NCBI GenBank assembly: GCA_963804955.1 | Contig: CAWDSQ010000024.1 | Coordinates: 64,001-128,000, forward strand | Length of the DNA stretch: 64,000 nt | Direction of reading: 5' to 3' | Origin: an uncultured delta proteobacterium | Lineage (GTDB): Bacteria; Desulfobacterota; WTBG01; CAIYCZ01; CAIRTM01 | Part shown: in pieces, positions 20,209 through 29,804 of the stretch | How positions within the stretch are numbered: the stretch's first letter is position 1 | Layout of the letters: every line of letters starts with the position of its first letter | Made by a program: the position numbers and the translations under genes | The notes under the pieces: model-generated | The model's database searches: none | What the model saw: the letters and a program-made list of their open reading frames with translations, nothing else | What the model was told of the DNA's origin: nothing

Positions 20209-20814
20209 TTATTGCGGGTCCCGGTACATGCACCAGATTGATGGGCCTTGTTCGGCCACACGCCACTGCCGTGTGAGCCTGAAGCCATGCCGCTCATACA
20301 GATGCAGATTTGCGCTGTTTGTGTTTTCAAGATATGCGGGAATGCGCTCTGCGTCGCAGTGCTGCAAAACCGGCTGCAGCAGCGCAGATCCTATGCCCTG
20401 CCCCCGCTCTTCAGGCAGCACTGCCAGATAAAAAAGATGGAAAGCCGGCTCCTGCGGCGCAAGGTTTTCAAACTGCCGGTAAAACTCTATCATTTCAGAA
20501 AGCCTTCGCCAGCCTGCTACCATACCGAGCATGATCATAATCTGCGAAGTCTGCCATAACGAAAAAACAGGTGCAGCGGGTTTAACCCAGAGCGCGCATC
20601 CTTTGCCGTTTTCCTCGATATATGATTCACCAACAGGCATGAACAGCTCGACCGTTGTTTTCACAAGCCTTGAAATTCGCAGCAAGCGGCGACTATCATT
20701 TAGCGCGATCCAGTTTAGCAGCGGGTCTTCGGCAAAAGCGCGGGTTATCATGTGCGTTACCAGCCCGCAGTCAGCTTTTCCCGAGTTTGTCCTTTGTATG
20801 TGAGGCATATGCAT
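20209..20814 (-). CDS. GNAT N-acetyltransferase
   Basis: AFAEDPL, LAVLPEERGQGIGSALL, AYLENT, LYERHGF. Confidence 0.85.
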   Translation of the reverse strand: MHMPHIQRTNSGKADCGLVTHMITRAFAEDPLLNWIALNDSRRLLRISRLVKTTVELFMPVGESYIEENGKGCALWVKPAAPVFSLWQTSQIMIMLGMVAGWRRLSEMIEFYRQFENLAPQEPAFHLFYLAVLPEERGQGIGSALLQPVLQHCDAERIPAYLENTNSANLHLYERHGFRLTRQWRVAEQGPSIWCMYRDPQ

Positions 20815-20900
20815 AGTATAGTGCTTGTCTTTAAACACTAAATGTATTATCTGAAATTTTATTAATTCTTCAAGGCAAACTATATCCAAAAGGAGGAACC

Positions 20901-21074
20901 ATGGCCGAACACATATGTAAAGGCGAACACAAGGGGCATTTATGCCTGCTGGCAAGTCAGGAGAAGTTTGACGAAATAAAGAAACTGGCCAAAAGCCCCA
21001 AATATATCTGCTTCAACTGCGGACGGGTTGCCGACTCGGATAAAAACGTGTGCAATCCCATGCCGCTGGATTGA
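20901..21074 (+). CDS. Small Cys/His-rich protein (57 aa; not in ORF track)
   Basis: AGGAGG RBS; MAEHICKGEHKGHLCLLASQEKFDEIKKLAKSPKYICFNCGRVADSDKNVCNPMPLD*. Confidence 0.8.
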   Translation: MAEHICKGEHKGHLCLLASQEKFDEIKKLAKSPKYICFNCGRVADSDKNVCNPMPLD

Positions 21075-21096
21075 TAGAAAAAAGGCTTCCTTCACA

Positions 21097-21441
21097 GTGG
21101 GCAGCATTATACGGTCATCTTGCAGCTGCGGATTTACAGCCGAATTTTTCGGCGGGTCGGAAAAGCAAAACTACACAACCGTGTGTTATGCTCCGGCATT
21201 GTGCCTCTCATGCGGCGGGTTTCATGTTCTCAACTATCTTAATGCCGAATGTCTCTGCCCGGCCTGCCAACAGACCGTCTGCTTTTACAATGATGCAAAG
21301 CTTCATGAGGAAAAGGACGGAAAAGGAAAAGAAGTGACGGCTGCAAAACCCGAGGTGTTTATTCTGCCGCGTGGTACATGCCTGTGCCCGGGGTGCAGGC
21401 AGATGACCATGCATTTTGAGGCGGTCAGCTGCTGCGAATAG
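21097..21441 (+). CDS. Cys-rich (zinc-ribbon-like) hypothetical protein
   Basis: GTG start; CSCG, CLSC, CPAC, CPGC pairs. Confidence 0.65.
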   Translation: MGSIIRSSCSCGFTAEFFGGSEKQNYTTVCYAPALCLSCGGFHVLNYLNAECLCPACQQTVCFYNDAKLHEEKDGKGKEVTAAKPEVFILPRGTCLCPGCRQMTMHFEAVSCCE

Positions 21442-22360
21442 CTTCTGCCCCCACCCATGCCGCGCCGAACACTCCTGCCGAATCCCCGAGCAGATTTTTG
21501 AGAATCGGCGTCTTCAGATTCTCGCAGAAAACATATTTTTTCACACGCTCTGCGCCCAGCGAATACAGCTCGTCGATATTCGAAAGCCCGCCGCCCAGCA
21601 CAACAGCATCAGGATCAAGCGTGGAAATAAGCCCGCCCAGACAGCGGCCGAAATCATCAAAAAAGCGGTTGAAGGCTTCGACGCATTCAGGATCGTTGCT
21701 GCGAAAGCCCTGTAGAATGGATTGCATTGATATAATACGTCCGTAGCGGGCATAAAAAGCCGCCTCAACCCCGCCGCCGCTGATTTTTGTTTCCACGCAA
21801 CCCCTGTTGCCGCAGTAGCACGGCGCCCCGTTTGGATCAACTGAGTAATGGCCCCATTCACCCGCTATATGATGCGGTCCGGGCCGTACATGGCCGTTTA
21901 TACACATCCCGCCGCCGCAGCCAGTTCCCATAATAATGCCGAACACAAGACCATAACCCTGTGCCGCCCCTGCCCTGCATTCGGCAAGGGTGAAACAGTT
22001 GGCATCGTTTTCGACAACCACGCTGCAACCAAGTTCTCGCTCAATGTCCGTATGAAGAGATTTGCCGTTCAGGCAGGTTGTATTTGCATTCTGAACGGTA
22101 TTGGTCTCGGCAGCAATTGAGCCGGGTATGCCGATGCCGATGGTGCGGGTGCTGTGTGGAGGGATATGCTTACGCGCTTCATCGGTAAGGTCAGCAATAC
22201 AGTGTAAAACAGGACCGTAGCCATCACGACTGGGTGTCGGCATGCGCTTTCGGAACAGCACCCCGTCATCGGGATCAAGCGCGATGACCTCGGTTTTCGT
22301 TCCGCCAAGATCAATGCCGATTTTAAACGTGATAGAGCCTGGCTCAGTAATAATTTTCAT
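21425..22360 (-). CDS. ROK-family sugar kinase (Mak/fructokinase-like)
   Basis: GIDLGGTK, ENDANC, GTGCGGG, GEWGH, CYCGNRGCVE. Confidence 0.9.
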   Translation of the reverse strand: MKIITEPGSITFKIGIDLGGTKTEVIALDPDDGVLFRKRMPTPSRDGYGPVLHCIADLTDEARKHIPPHSTRTIGIGIPGSIAAETNTVQNANTTCLNGKSLHTDIERELGCSVVVENDANCFTLAECRAGAAQGYGLVFGIIMGTGCGGGMCINGHVRPGPHHIAGEWGHYSVDPNGAPCYCGNRGCVETKISGGGVEAAFYARYGRIISMQSILQGFRSNDPECVEAFNRFFDDFGRCLGGLISTLDPDAVVLGGGLSNIDELYSLGAERVKKYVFCENLKTPILKNLLGDSAGVFGAAWVGAEAIRSS

Positions 22361-22389
22361 AAAAAATAATGTATCAGTTTGTTTACCGC

Positions 22390-22437
22390 TTGACAAAAAA
22401 AATAATACAGCTAGAATAGATACCAGTTAGTCGGTAT
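22390..22437 (+). promoter_or_regulatory. Sigma70-like promoter with adjacent palindromic operator (candidate TetR site)
   Basis: TTGACA (22390)-16 bp-TAGAAT (22412), followed by ATACC-AGTTAGTC-GGTAT at 22420-22437. Confidence 0.6.
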
Positions 22438-22479
22438 GTTGTTTTACTCAACGCAATCCATAATTTCAGGGAGCTTATT

Positions 22480-23294
22480 ATGAAATCAGTCATAATTACC
22501 GGAAGTTCCAAAGGAATCGGGCTTGGCATGTGTCTGGAATTTCTCAAGCGTGGCTGTTCTGTTCTGATCAGTTCAAGAAAAAAGGCCGATGTTGATGCTG
22601 CAGTACAAAAATTTTCAGCTCAATTTGGAACTGAGAAAGTTATCGGGCTTACCTGTGATGTAACGGATATAAGACAGGTTCAGGCACTCTGGGACGCAGC
22701 GGTTTCAAAATTCGGTAAAGTCGATATCTGGATCAATAATGCCGGAGCGGTTAATACGACCCTGCCGGTTTGGGAAGTGGACCCTGATGAAATTAAAACC
22801 GTTATAAATACGAATATTGTCGGACATCTGTTTGGCGTGAAGGTAGCTATGAAGGGCATGCTGAAGCAGGGAGCTCGGCCAGATTTACAATTTTTACGGT
22901 TTTGGCTCAAATGATGACAAAAAACCCGGCGGACTGGGCGTCTACGGCACCACAAAACGGGCTATCCGCTATCTCACCGAACTTCTGGTCGAGGAGGTTA
23001 AGGATATGCCGGTTCAGGTCGGCTCACTCATGCCCGGCACGGTTATAACCGATCTTATGATTAAAACCATCAGCACCATGCCGCTGCAGCAGCGTGAAAT
23101 GCTCAAAAAAAGCTTTAATATCGTTGGCGGATACTGTTGAAACTGTTTCTGAATTTCTGGTCGAAGAGATACTGAAAAACAATAAAAACGGCGCTGGTAT
23201 CAACTGGATGACCGAGGAAAAATTCAAAGCCCGCATGCAGGATCCCTATTACCAGAAACGAGATCTGTTCTCAGACTTGAAACTCGACGCTTAA
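22480..23294 (+). CDS. SDR oxidoreductase, NOL/NYC1-like (paralogue 1; frameshifted)
   Basis: TGSSKGIG, WINNAG, YGTTK (in the shifted frame), LADTVETV. Confidence 0.8.
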
Positions 23295-23313
23295 TGCCGG
23301 TGAGCAGACTGCC

Positions 23314-23910
23314 ATGACGACGAAAAAAGCCCCTGAGCTGCGAAAAGAGGAAATTTTCAACGCCGCACTTTTCTGTTTCAACCAGAAAGGCTATTACGAA
23401 ACCTCCATTGATGATATTGCAGCCCGTGCGGGTATAACAAAGGGAGGCATTTATCATCACTTCAACTCAAAAAAAATTCTTTTTATCGATCTGTTTCACA
23501 CGGTAGCCAATCGCTATTTTGAGTCGCTCAAGCTCAAAATTCACCAGTCGTCAAACGCCTCGAGCCACATGCAGGACCTGGTCAAAAAATCCAATGAAAT
23601 TTTCAACGAAAATATGGATATTCTCAAGTTCTGCTTTGAATTCATGTCGCTTGCTTCGCGCGACAGCGAAATTCGACTGGCGGTCACTGATTTTTACAAA
23701 AACAGGGTCGTCATATTCGCAGAGACCCTGTCTGACGGGGTCAATAAGGGTATGTTCAAGGATATACCTGCAGATGCCGTTGCGCGGTCGCTCTATTTTC
23801 TGTCCATGGGCTTTTTCCTGACCTACTTTACCGTTGATATCGATTTTGACCCCATGACGCAACACACAATAAACATGAAAACGTTCATGGAGGGGATCAA
23901 AAAGCAGTAA
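23314..23910 (+). CDS. TetR/AcrR-family transcriptional regulator
   Basis: KGYYETSIDDIAARAGITKGGIYHHFNSK HTH. Confidence 0.92.
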   Translation: MTTKKAPELRKEEIFNAALFCFNQKGYYETSIDDIAARAGITKGGIYHHFNSKKILFIDLFHTVANRYFESLKLKIHQSSNASSHMQDLVKKSNEIFNENMDILKFCFEFMSLASRDSEIRLAVTDFYKNRVVIFAETLSDGVNKGMFKDIPADAVARSLYFLSMGFFLTYFTVDIDFDPMTQHTINMKTFMEGIKKQ

Positions 23911-24001
23911 AATCAGGTTCATGCCGGCTGCGGCGCCGCTATAAACGAATAAGCAAAGTAAAAAACAAAATACCTTAATTAAAGCATGGAGGAAACCGCA
24001 C

Positions 24002-24796
24002 ATGAAACACATGACACAGACACTTGCAGTACTGACACTGGCCATAGCCACACTATTTTTCTTTTCTGCTGCAACCGCTGCAGAGCCGCAGGCAGCAAAG
24101 GATACAAAGGCCAAAGCCATCGACACCAAGGAACAGAAGACCAGCAATCACCCTGAAATACCAGAAGGTGTTTCCTGCAATGACTGCCATGAAGTCAAAT
24201 ACGATGCCAATACGACCGCAACCCAGGTCTGGCTGACCGGAGAGTCCCCTAACAAAAAAGCCGGCGAAGGCGTTATGCCGAAAGAAAAAATCTGGCAGGA
24301 ATTCACCAAAATAATCGGCAGCAAAACCGGGACCAAAACCTTTATCCTGGCCACCTGCCTGAACAATGAGCCGCTTTCCACAACCGCGGAATTTTCCCTT
24401 GATCCGGCTAAAAAGGTTCTCTACGGCCTGCATGAAATGGGCACTGAAAAACTCAATCATGTACAAAACAACCCGAAGGTGAGCCTCAACTGGCACAAGG
24501 ACTTCGACAGCTTTGCCGATTTCCGGTGCTGCCAGATAAAGGGACATGCTGAAATCATCGAAAACACCAAGCCGGAATTCGAAGCAGCCGTCAAAAATTT
24601 CCTGCCCTATGAAAAAAGCGTGCGCCTGCCGGAAAACGCCACCCGGCAGCAGAAGGAAGATGCCTATAAGGCGCGGCGTGACATGCTCAAGAAGGGCAAT
24701 TTTGTCGTTATGAAAATCTCCATTGACCGGATTACCATGGCAAATTCCGCTTTCGTGAAAGACGGTTTCCGCGTGTATCAGCGCTGGGTACCCTGA
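24002..24796 (+). CDS. Exported protein: CxxCH heme motif + pyridoxamine-5'-phosphate-oxidase-like split barrel
   Basis: Signal peptide; CNDCH; ILATCLNNEP and KLNHVQNNPKVSL split-barrel motifs; GGAGG RBS. Confidence 0.75.
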   Translation: MKHMTQTLAVLTLAIATLFFFSAATAAEPQAAKDTKAKAIDTKEQKTSNHPEIPEGVSCNDCHEVKYDANTTATQVWLTGESPNKKAGEGVMPKEKIWQEFTKIIGSKTGTKTFILATCLNNEPLSTTAEFSLDPAKKVLYGLHEMGTEKLNHVQNNPKVSLNWHKDFDSFADFRCCQIKGHAEIIENTKPEFEAAVKNFLPYEKSVRLPENATRQQKEDAYKARRDMLKKGNFVVMKISIDRITMANSAFVKDGFRVYQRWVP

Positions 24797-24845
24797 CCCG
24801 CTGCAGGCAGGTCAACGAATCAGCAAAACACTTTCAGGAGCATGT

Positions 24846-25649
24846 ATGAAAACAATCGTCATTACAGGAAGCACCCGCGGCATCGGACATGGTATGGCGC
24901 TTGAGTTGCTGAAGCGCGGCAGCAGGGTCATGATCAGCGGCCGCAAAAAAGACCAGGTCGATAGCGAAGTAGACAATTTTGCAGCAGTGTACGGCAAAGA
25001 GAACATCGCCGGACATCCCTGTGAAATAACCAGGTATGAACAGATACAGGCCCTGTGGGATGCCGCCGTAAAAGCTTTCGGCACGGTTGATATCTGGATC
25101 AACAATGCCGGTGTGACGCACCCCACGCGCAATCTCATGGAGCTCGAGCCCGCTGAAATGAAACCAGTAATAGACACCAATATCACCGGGTTAATCTATG
25201 CAAATCAGATTGCCCTGCGAGGCATGACAGCGCAGGGTCATGGCTTCATCTACAATATGGAGGGCCATGGCAGCCATGATGAATACATCGCAGGGCTGTC
25301 GATTTATGGCGCAACAAAACGTGCTGTCACCTATTTCACCAATTCGCTGCTCATGGAAATTGATGGCGAAACGATCAAGGCAGGGCTGCTGTCGCCGGGA
25401 ATCGTTATGACCGATTTTATAATTGATGAAATGCGCAAACTGCCGCCCGATCGTTTTGAGACGGCTAAAATCGTCTACAACTGCCTTGCCGATACCGTTG
25501 AAACCGTGACGCCCTGGCTGGCTGAAAACATCCTGGCCAATGATGAAAGCGGTAAGGAAATTGCCTGGCTTGACACGGAAAAAGCAAATGAGCGATTTAA
25601 CTCTGACGAGTACTGCAGCAGGGATTTGCTGAGTCAATTCGGTTTATAA
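24846..25649 (+). CDS. SDR oxidoreductase, NOL/NYC1-like (paralogue 2)
   Basis: TGSTRGIG, WINNAG, IYNMEGHGS, YGATK, LSPGIVMTD. Confidence 0.9.
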   Translation: MKTIVITGSTRGIGHGMALELLKRGSRVMISGRKKDQVDSEVDNFAAVYGKENIAGHPCEITRYEQIQALWDAAVKAFGTVDIWINNAGVTHPTRNLMELEPAEMKPVIDTNITGLIYANQIALRGMTAQGHGFIYNMEGHGSHDEYIAGLSIYGATKRAVTYFTNSLLMEIDGETIKAGLLSPGIVMTDFIIDEMRKLPPDRFETAKIVYNCLADTVETVTPWLAENILANDESGKEIAWLDTEKANERFNSDEYCSRDLLSQFGL

Positions 25650-25679
25650 TTAATTAAATTTATTCATGCGGGGGTCTTT

Positions 25680-26490
25680 ATGAAATCAGTCGTCATAACA
25701 GGAAGCTCAAAAGGCATCGGCCTGGGTCTGGCTAAAGAATTTTTGAAAAAAGGCTGCTCGGTCATGTTTAGCAAGTTTTGCCAGGGCAGAAATGGAGCAG
25801 GAGTGCGAACAAGCAGCTGCTGAATTCGGCAAAGACAAGGTTGCCTGCTTTCACTGCGATGTCACCAGTCTGGAGCAGGTTCAGGGGCTCTGGGATGGTG
25901 CGGTACAAGCCTTCGGCAAGGTTGATATCTGGATGAATAATGCCGGCATCGCCAATACGACCCGCCTGTTCTGGGAGCTTGAGGCAAAAGAAATACCGCG
26001 GGTCGTCAGCACCAACATGGCCGGCGTCATGTACGGCAGCCATGTGGCCATGAAGGGCATGCTGGCGCAGGGGTACGGCGCAATTTATAATTCCGAGGGC
26101 TTTGGCAGCGACGACATGTTTGTCAACGGCCTTGCCGTGTACGGCGCCACCAAACGCGGCGGCCGCTATTTTACCGAAGCGCTGGCCGAGGAAGTAAGCA
26201 AAAATGAAAAACCCGTCATTGTGGGCACGATAAGCCCCGGCATAGTCCTGACCGATTTTCTGCTCGATGATATGCGAAAAATGTCCCCGGATATCCTTGA
26301 AACAACCAAGGCGGTCTATAACAGCCTGGCCGACACGGTTGAAGTTGTCACGCCGTGGCTTGTTGAAGAGGTGCTCGGCAATACTGAGAACGGAAAACGC
26401 ATCATCTGGCTGACCGAGGAAAAAGCAAATGCGCGGTTTGAATCTGAGGAATACTACACCCGTGATCTTTTCACACAGCATGGCCTGTAA
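25680..26490 (+). CDS. SDR oxidoreductase, NOL/NYC1-like (paralogue 3; frameshift near 25775)
   Basis: ATG 25680 gives MKSVVITGSSKGIG; continues in ORF 25792..26490 with WMNNAG and YGATK. Confidence 0.85.
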
Positions 26491-26597
26491 GGTAATTAAA
26501 TTATTGACAATAAAAGGTCAACAACATAAACTTCGTGGAATTAAAATTTCGGACAAGCTCTTTTAAGAAAAGAAAAACAATTAACAAGGGAGGGAAA

Positions 26598-28157
26598 ATG
26601 GCTGACGCAACCGAAACGACAATCAAAGCTCCTAAATTTGCCGGCATAACCATATTGTCGGGTCTGTCCAAAACCAACTATTTCTTCATGTTTTTCAACA
26701 CCTTCCTTATGGGTATGTTCCTGAGCGTTACGGCGGTTCTGCAGCCGGCTTTCATGAAAGATATTATTAAAATTGATCAGGAATTTGCCGGCACGATCAT
26801 CAGTTTTCTTCAAAACATGAGCCAGATTGCAACCCTGCTTTTTGTCGCATTGATCGGTGCTTTGTCCGATAAAACCGGCCGCAAAATAATGGTTCTTGCA
26901 AGCTTTATCGTACTGTTCATTTCCTACTACCTGTTTAAAATCTCCAATCAAATTGCAATTGGTCTGGGTATTTCACCCGAAATTGCAGCTACAATCTGCG
27001 CCTGGCTGAGCTTTGCTCCCGATAAAGCCGCTGCATTTACCTCTTTTGCCCCCGGCTTGCTCGTATCCTATGTGGCGCGTTTTCTGGTCGGCGTTGGTCT
27101 TATACTCGGCTTTCCGCAATTAATAACAATGGTCGGTGACTATACCCGGGACAAGGACCGCGGCAAAGGCATGGCCATGAACGGCATGGCCTCGGGATTT
27201 GCCGCGCTTGTAGTTTTTGGCTTGTTCGGCGCTATTATGAAAAAAGGCGGCGTGCTGGCCGGTTTTGATGCCTGCATGTTGCTTGCGGTAATAGGCGCCG
27301 TGCTGACCGCAGTTTTCATGAAAGACCGGATGCCGGAGCAGGCTGCTGAGAAGCAGGGACTCAAGGATGTTATTCCCCTTGTCAAGGAGAGCATGGCTTT
27401 AAAAGCAGCGTATTTGACTACCCTGGTTACCCGCGCCGATATCGTTGTTCTTGCGACCTATCTGGTTGCCTGGGGAGTCATGGCAGGACCTGCTGCAGGG
27501 TATGATTCCGGCAAAGCTACGCTCATGGCCACCATTCCCATGATGATCATGGGCGTCATATCTTTAGTCGCATTTCCTGTTGTCGGCGTAATGCTCGAGA
27601 AAAAAGGAAGGATGGCGACAATTATTTTCAGTGTTATCTGCGCCGGCGTCAGCATGCTGCTCGTGGCTGTTTCTCCGAGCCCTTTCCACCCCATATGTTT
27701 TCTTGCTGCAATTTTTGCCGGCATCGGCATGGCAGGATCGATTGTCGGGGCCAATACCCTTGCCATGGATGCCTCCCCAATAACACTTATGGGCGCGGTT
27801 ATGGGCGGCCTCTCCACCATGCAGCCCATTGGCATTTTGTTTTTTCTCGCACTGGGCGGAGTTTTGTATGACGGGATCGGCCCGGGTGCAGCTTTTGCCC
27901 TCAAGGGCATCGCCAGCATCGTTCTGGTTGTATGGCTTTTCACCATCAGGAATGTCGTAACGGAAGAAATAAAGGCGACATTCAATATGGATTGGGAAGA
28001 AGCAGCAAAAGCAATTATGATGAAGATCCCCGGCGGCGTGCGCCAGGGCGCCATCGAGGGCACCGAGTCATATGCTCAGGATCAGGGCCTGACAAAGGTC
28101 ACCGTTGCGCTTTGCCAGGAACTCAAAAAAATGATGGATGAGGCTGACGGCGTGTAA
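26598..28157 (+). CDS. MFS transporter with C-terminal PCP_red-like domain (copy 2, intact)
   Basis: 519 aa from ATG 26598 (GGGAGG RBS); GALSDKTGRK; tail WEEAAKAIMMKIPGGVRQGAIEGTESYAQDQGLTKVT. Confidence 0.9.
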   Translation: MADATETTIKAPKFAGITILSGLSKTNYFFMFFNTFLMGMFLSVTAVLQPAFMKDIIKIDQEFAGTIISFLQNMSQIATLLFVALIGALSDKTGRKIMVLASFIVLFISYYLFKISNQIAIGLGISPEIAATICAWLSFAPDKAAAFTSFAPGLLVSYVARFLVGVGLILGFPQLITMVGDYTRDKDRGKGMAMNGMASGFAALVVFGLFGAIMKKGGVLAGFDACMLLAVIGAVLTAVFMKDRMPEQAAEKQGLKDVIPLVKESMALKAAYLTTLVTRADIVVLATYLVAWGVMAGPAAGYDSGKATLMATIPMMIMGVISLVAFPVVGVMLEKKGRMATIIFSVICAGVSMLLVAVSPSPFHPICFLAAIFAGIGMAGSIVGANTLAMDASPITLMGAVMGGLSTMQPIGILFFLALGGVLYDGIGPGAAFALKGIASIVLVVWLFTIRNVVTEEIKATFNMDWEEAAKAIMMKIPGGVRQGAIEGTESYAQDQGLTKVTVALCQELKKMMDEADGV

Positions 28158-28175
28158 TTTATTTTAGCATGTATT

Positions 28176-28213
28176 AAAGAAAGGCTGCCACCAGTGGCAG
28201 CCTTTCTTTTTTT
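28176..28213 (+). terminator. Intrinsic terminator
   Basis: AAAGAAAGGCTGCCA-ccag-TGGCAGCCTTTCTTT plus T-run. Confidence 0.85.
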
Positions 28214-28264
28214 ATGACTCTCCACAGGCAACTATGCTATGCTGTAATCAAAAAAGGAACTCGC

Positions 28265-28714
28265 ATGACAGTTTCTGCTGAAGAACTAAATCGACAGGAA
28301 AAGCTGCGCGCCATTCTTGCTGCAAGCAAAGCCACGCTTCTTGCAGAGCTTCGCAAGTCAATGGAAGTTCAGAGAACGGAAAACAGCAGCATGTCATTTG
28401 AAATTGCGCAGGATGACGGTGACAAATCCGTTGAAGACCATGAACGGCATGTACAGGTTTCCATTCAGAGCATTAAATCAGAGCAGCTTGATCTCATTGA
28501 GCAGGCACTTGAAAAACTTGCTGCCGGGACCTATGGCATATGTGCGGAGTGCGGATGTGAAATACCACTCCAGCGTCTTGCAATACAGGCATGCACCTCG
28601 TACTGCGTTGCCTGTCAGGAAAAAATAGACCTGATGAACAAACGGGACAAGCTCGGCTCACAGAAAAACGAAACGACCCTCGAAACGACCTATGACTATC
28701 TCCCGGATGAATGA
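28265..28714 (+). CDS. TraR/DksA-family zinc-finger protein
   Basis: DDGD coiled-coil tip; YGICAECGCEIPLQRL..YCVACQ. Confidence 0.85.
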   Translation: MTVSAEELNRQEKLRAILAASKATLLAELRKSMEVQRTENSSMSFEIAQDDGDKSVEDHERHVQVSIQSIKSEQLDLIEQALEKLAAGTYGICAECGCEIPLQRLAIQACTSYCVACQEKIDLMNKRDKLGSQKNETTLETTYDYLPDE

Positions 28715-28811
28715 CTCTGATTGCAGAAGCAGGATAAAGCATTTGACTCACCTGTAGCCTCCTGTTATAGATACGCAGCAGACAACAACCACCACGGACA
28801 CTACGGAATCT

Positions 28812-29798
28812 ATGCCGGAGCTTCTTGAAGTCGACAATCTCCAGACGCGGCTGCATCTGCCTCAGGGCAGCGCCCATGTCGTTGATCATGTCAGTTTCTC
28901 GCTAAGCAGCGGCCAGACACTGGCGCTGGTCGGCGAATCAGGCTGCGGTAAGACAATGACAGCCTACTCAATTCTCCGCCTGCTGCCCTCACCTCCAGCA
29001 GCCATTACCGGCGGGCGTATTTTATTCAACGGCGAAAACCTCCTTGCTCTGCCCGAAAAAAAAATGCGCCGGATACGCGGAGGCAAAATATCCATAATTT
29101 TCCAGGAGCCGCTCACGTCGCTTAATCCGGTTTTCAGAGTTGGCAGCCAGATTGCTGAGGTTCTGCAGGTGCATACAAGCATGTCCGGTAAAGCCGCGCT
29201 TGAAATGACCGTTCAGCTGCTGCGCGATGTGGGGATACCGTCACCGGAGCAGCGAATGCGGGACTACCCGCATCAAATGAGCGGCGGCATGCGACAGCGT
29301 GTCATGATTGCAATGGCCATTGCCTGCAACCCTCAGCTGCTCATTGCAGATGAGCCGACAACCGCACTGGATGTAACCGTGCAGGCCCAGATCATGGAAC
29401 TTCTCAACCGGCTCAAAGAGCGGCACAATATGGCTCTGCTGCTTATCACCCACGATCTGGGTGTTGTCGCTGAAACTGCACGTGATGTTGCCGTTATGTA
29501 TGCAGGCAGAATTGTAGAATATACTGATGTTGCAACACTCTTTGCTCAGCCGGCCAATCCCTATACCCAGGGGCTTCTTAATTCTCTTCCGCGGCCGGGC
29601 GTTGCACGGCTCAAGCCGATACGCGGCATGATACCCTCTATTTTTGAATTGCCGGAAGGATGCAAATTCTGCACGCGCTGCGACAAAGCCTTCGACCTCT
29701 GCATGCGGCAGGAGCCTGATCTCATAAATATCGCGCAGAGGGGCGAAACAGCGCATTTTGTCCGCTGCTGGCTCTATCAAAACGAAGCGACCAGGTGA
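28812..29798 (+). CDS. Oligopeptide/dipeptide ABC ATPase (OppD/DppD-like)
   Basis: GESGCGKT, YPHQMSGGMRQR, DEPTTALD, C-terminal Cys motif. Confidence 0.9.
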   Translation: MPELLEVDNLQTRLHLPQGSAHVVDHVSFSLSSGQTLALVGESGCGKTMTAYSILRLLPSPPAAITGGRILFNGENLLALPEKKMRRIRGGKISIIFQEPLTSLNPVFRVGSQIAEVLQVHTSMSGKAALEMTVQLLRDVGIPSPEQRMRDYPHQMSGGMRQRVMIAMAIACNPQLLIADEPTTALDVTVQAQIMELLNRLKERHNMALLLITHDLGVVAETARDVAVMYAGRIVEYTDVATLFAQPANPYTQGLLNSLPRPGVARLKPIRGMIPSIFELPEGCKFCTRCDKAFDLCMRQEPDLINIAQRGETAHFVRCWLYQNEATR

Positions 29799-29804
29799 GG
29801 GATC

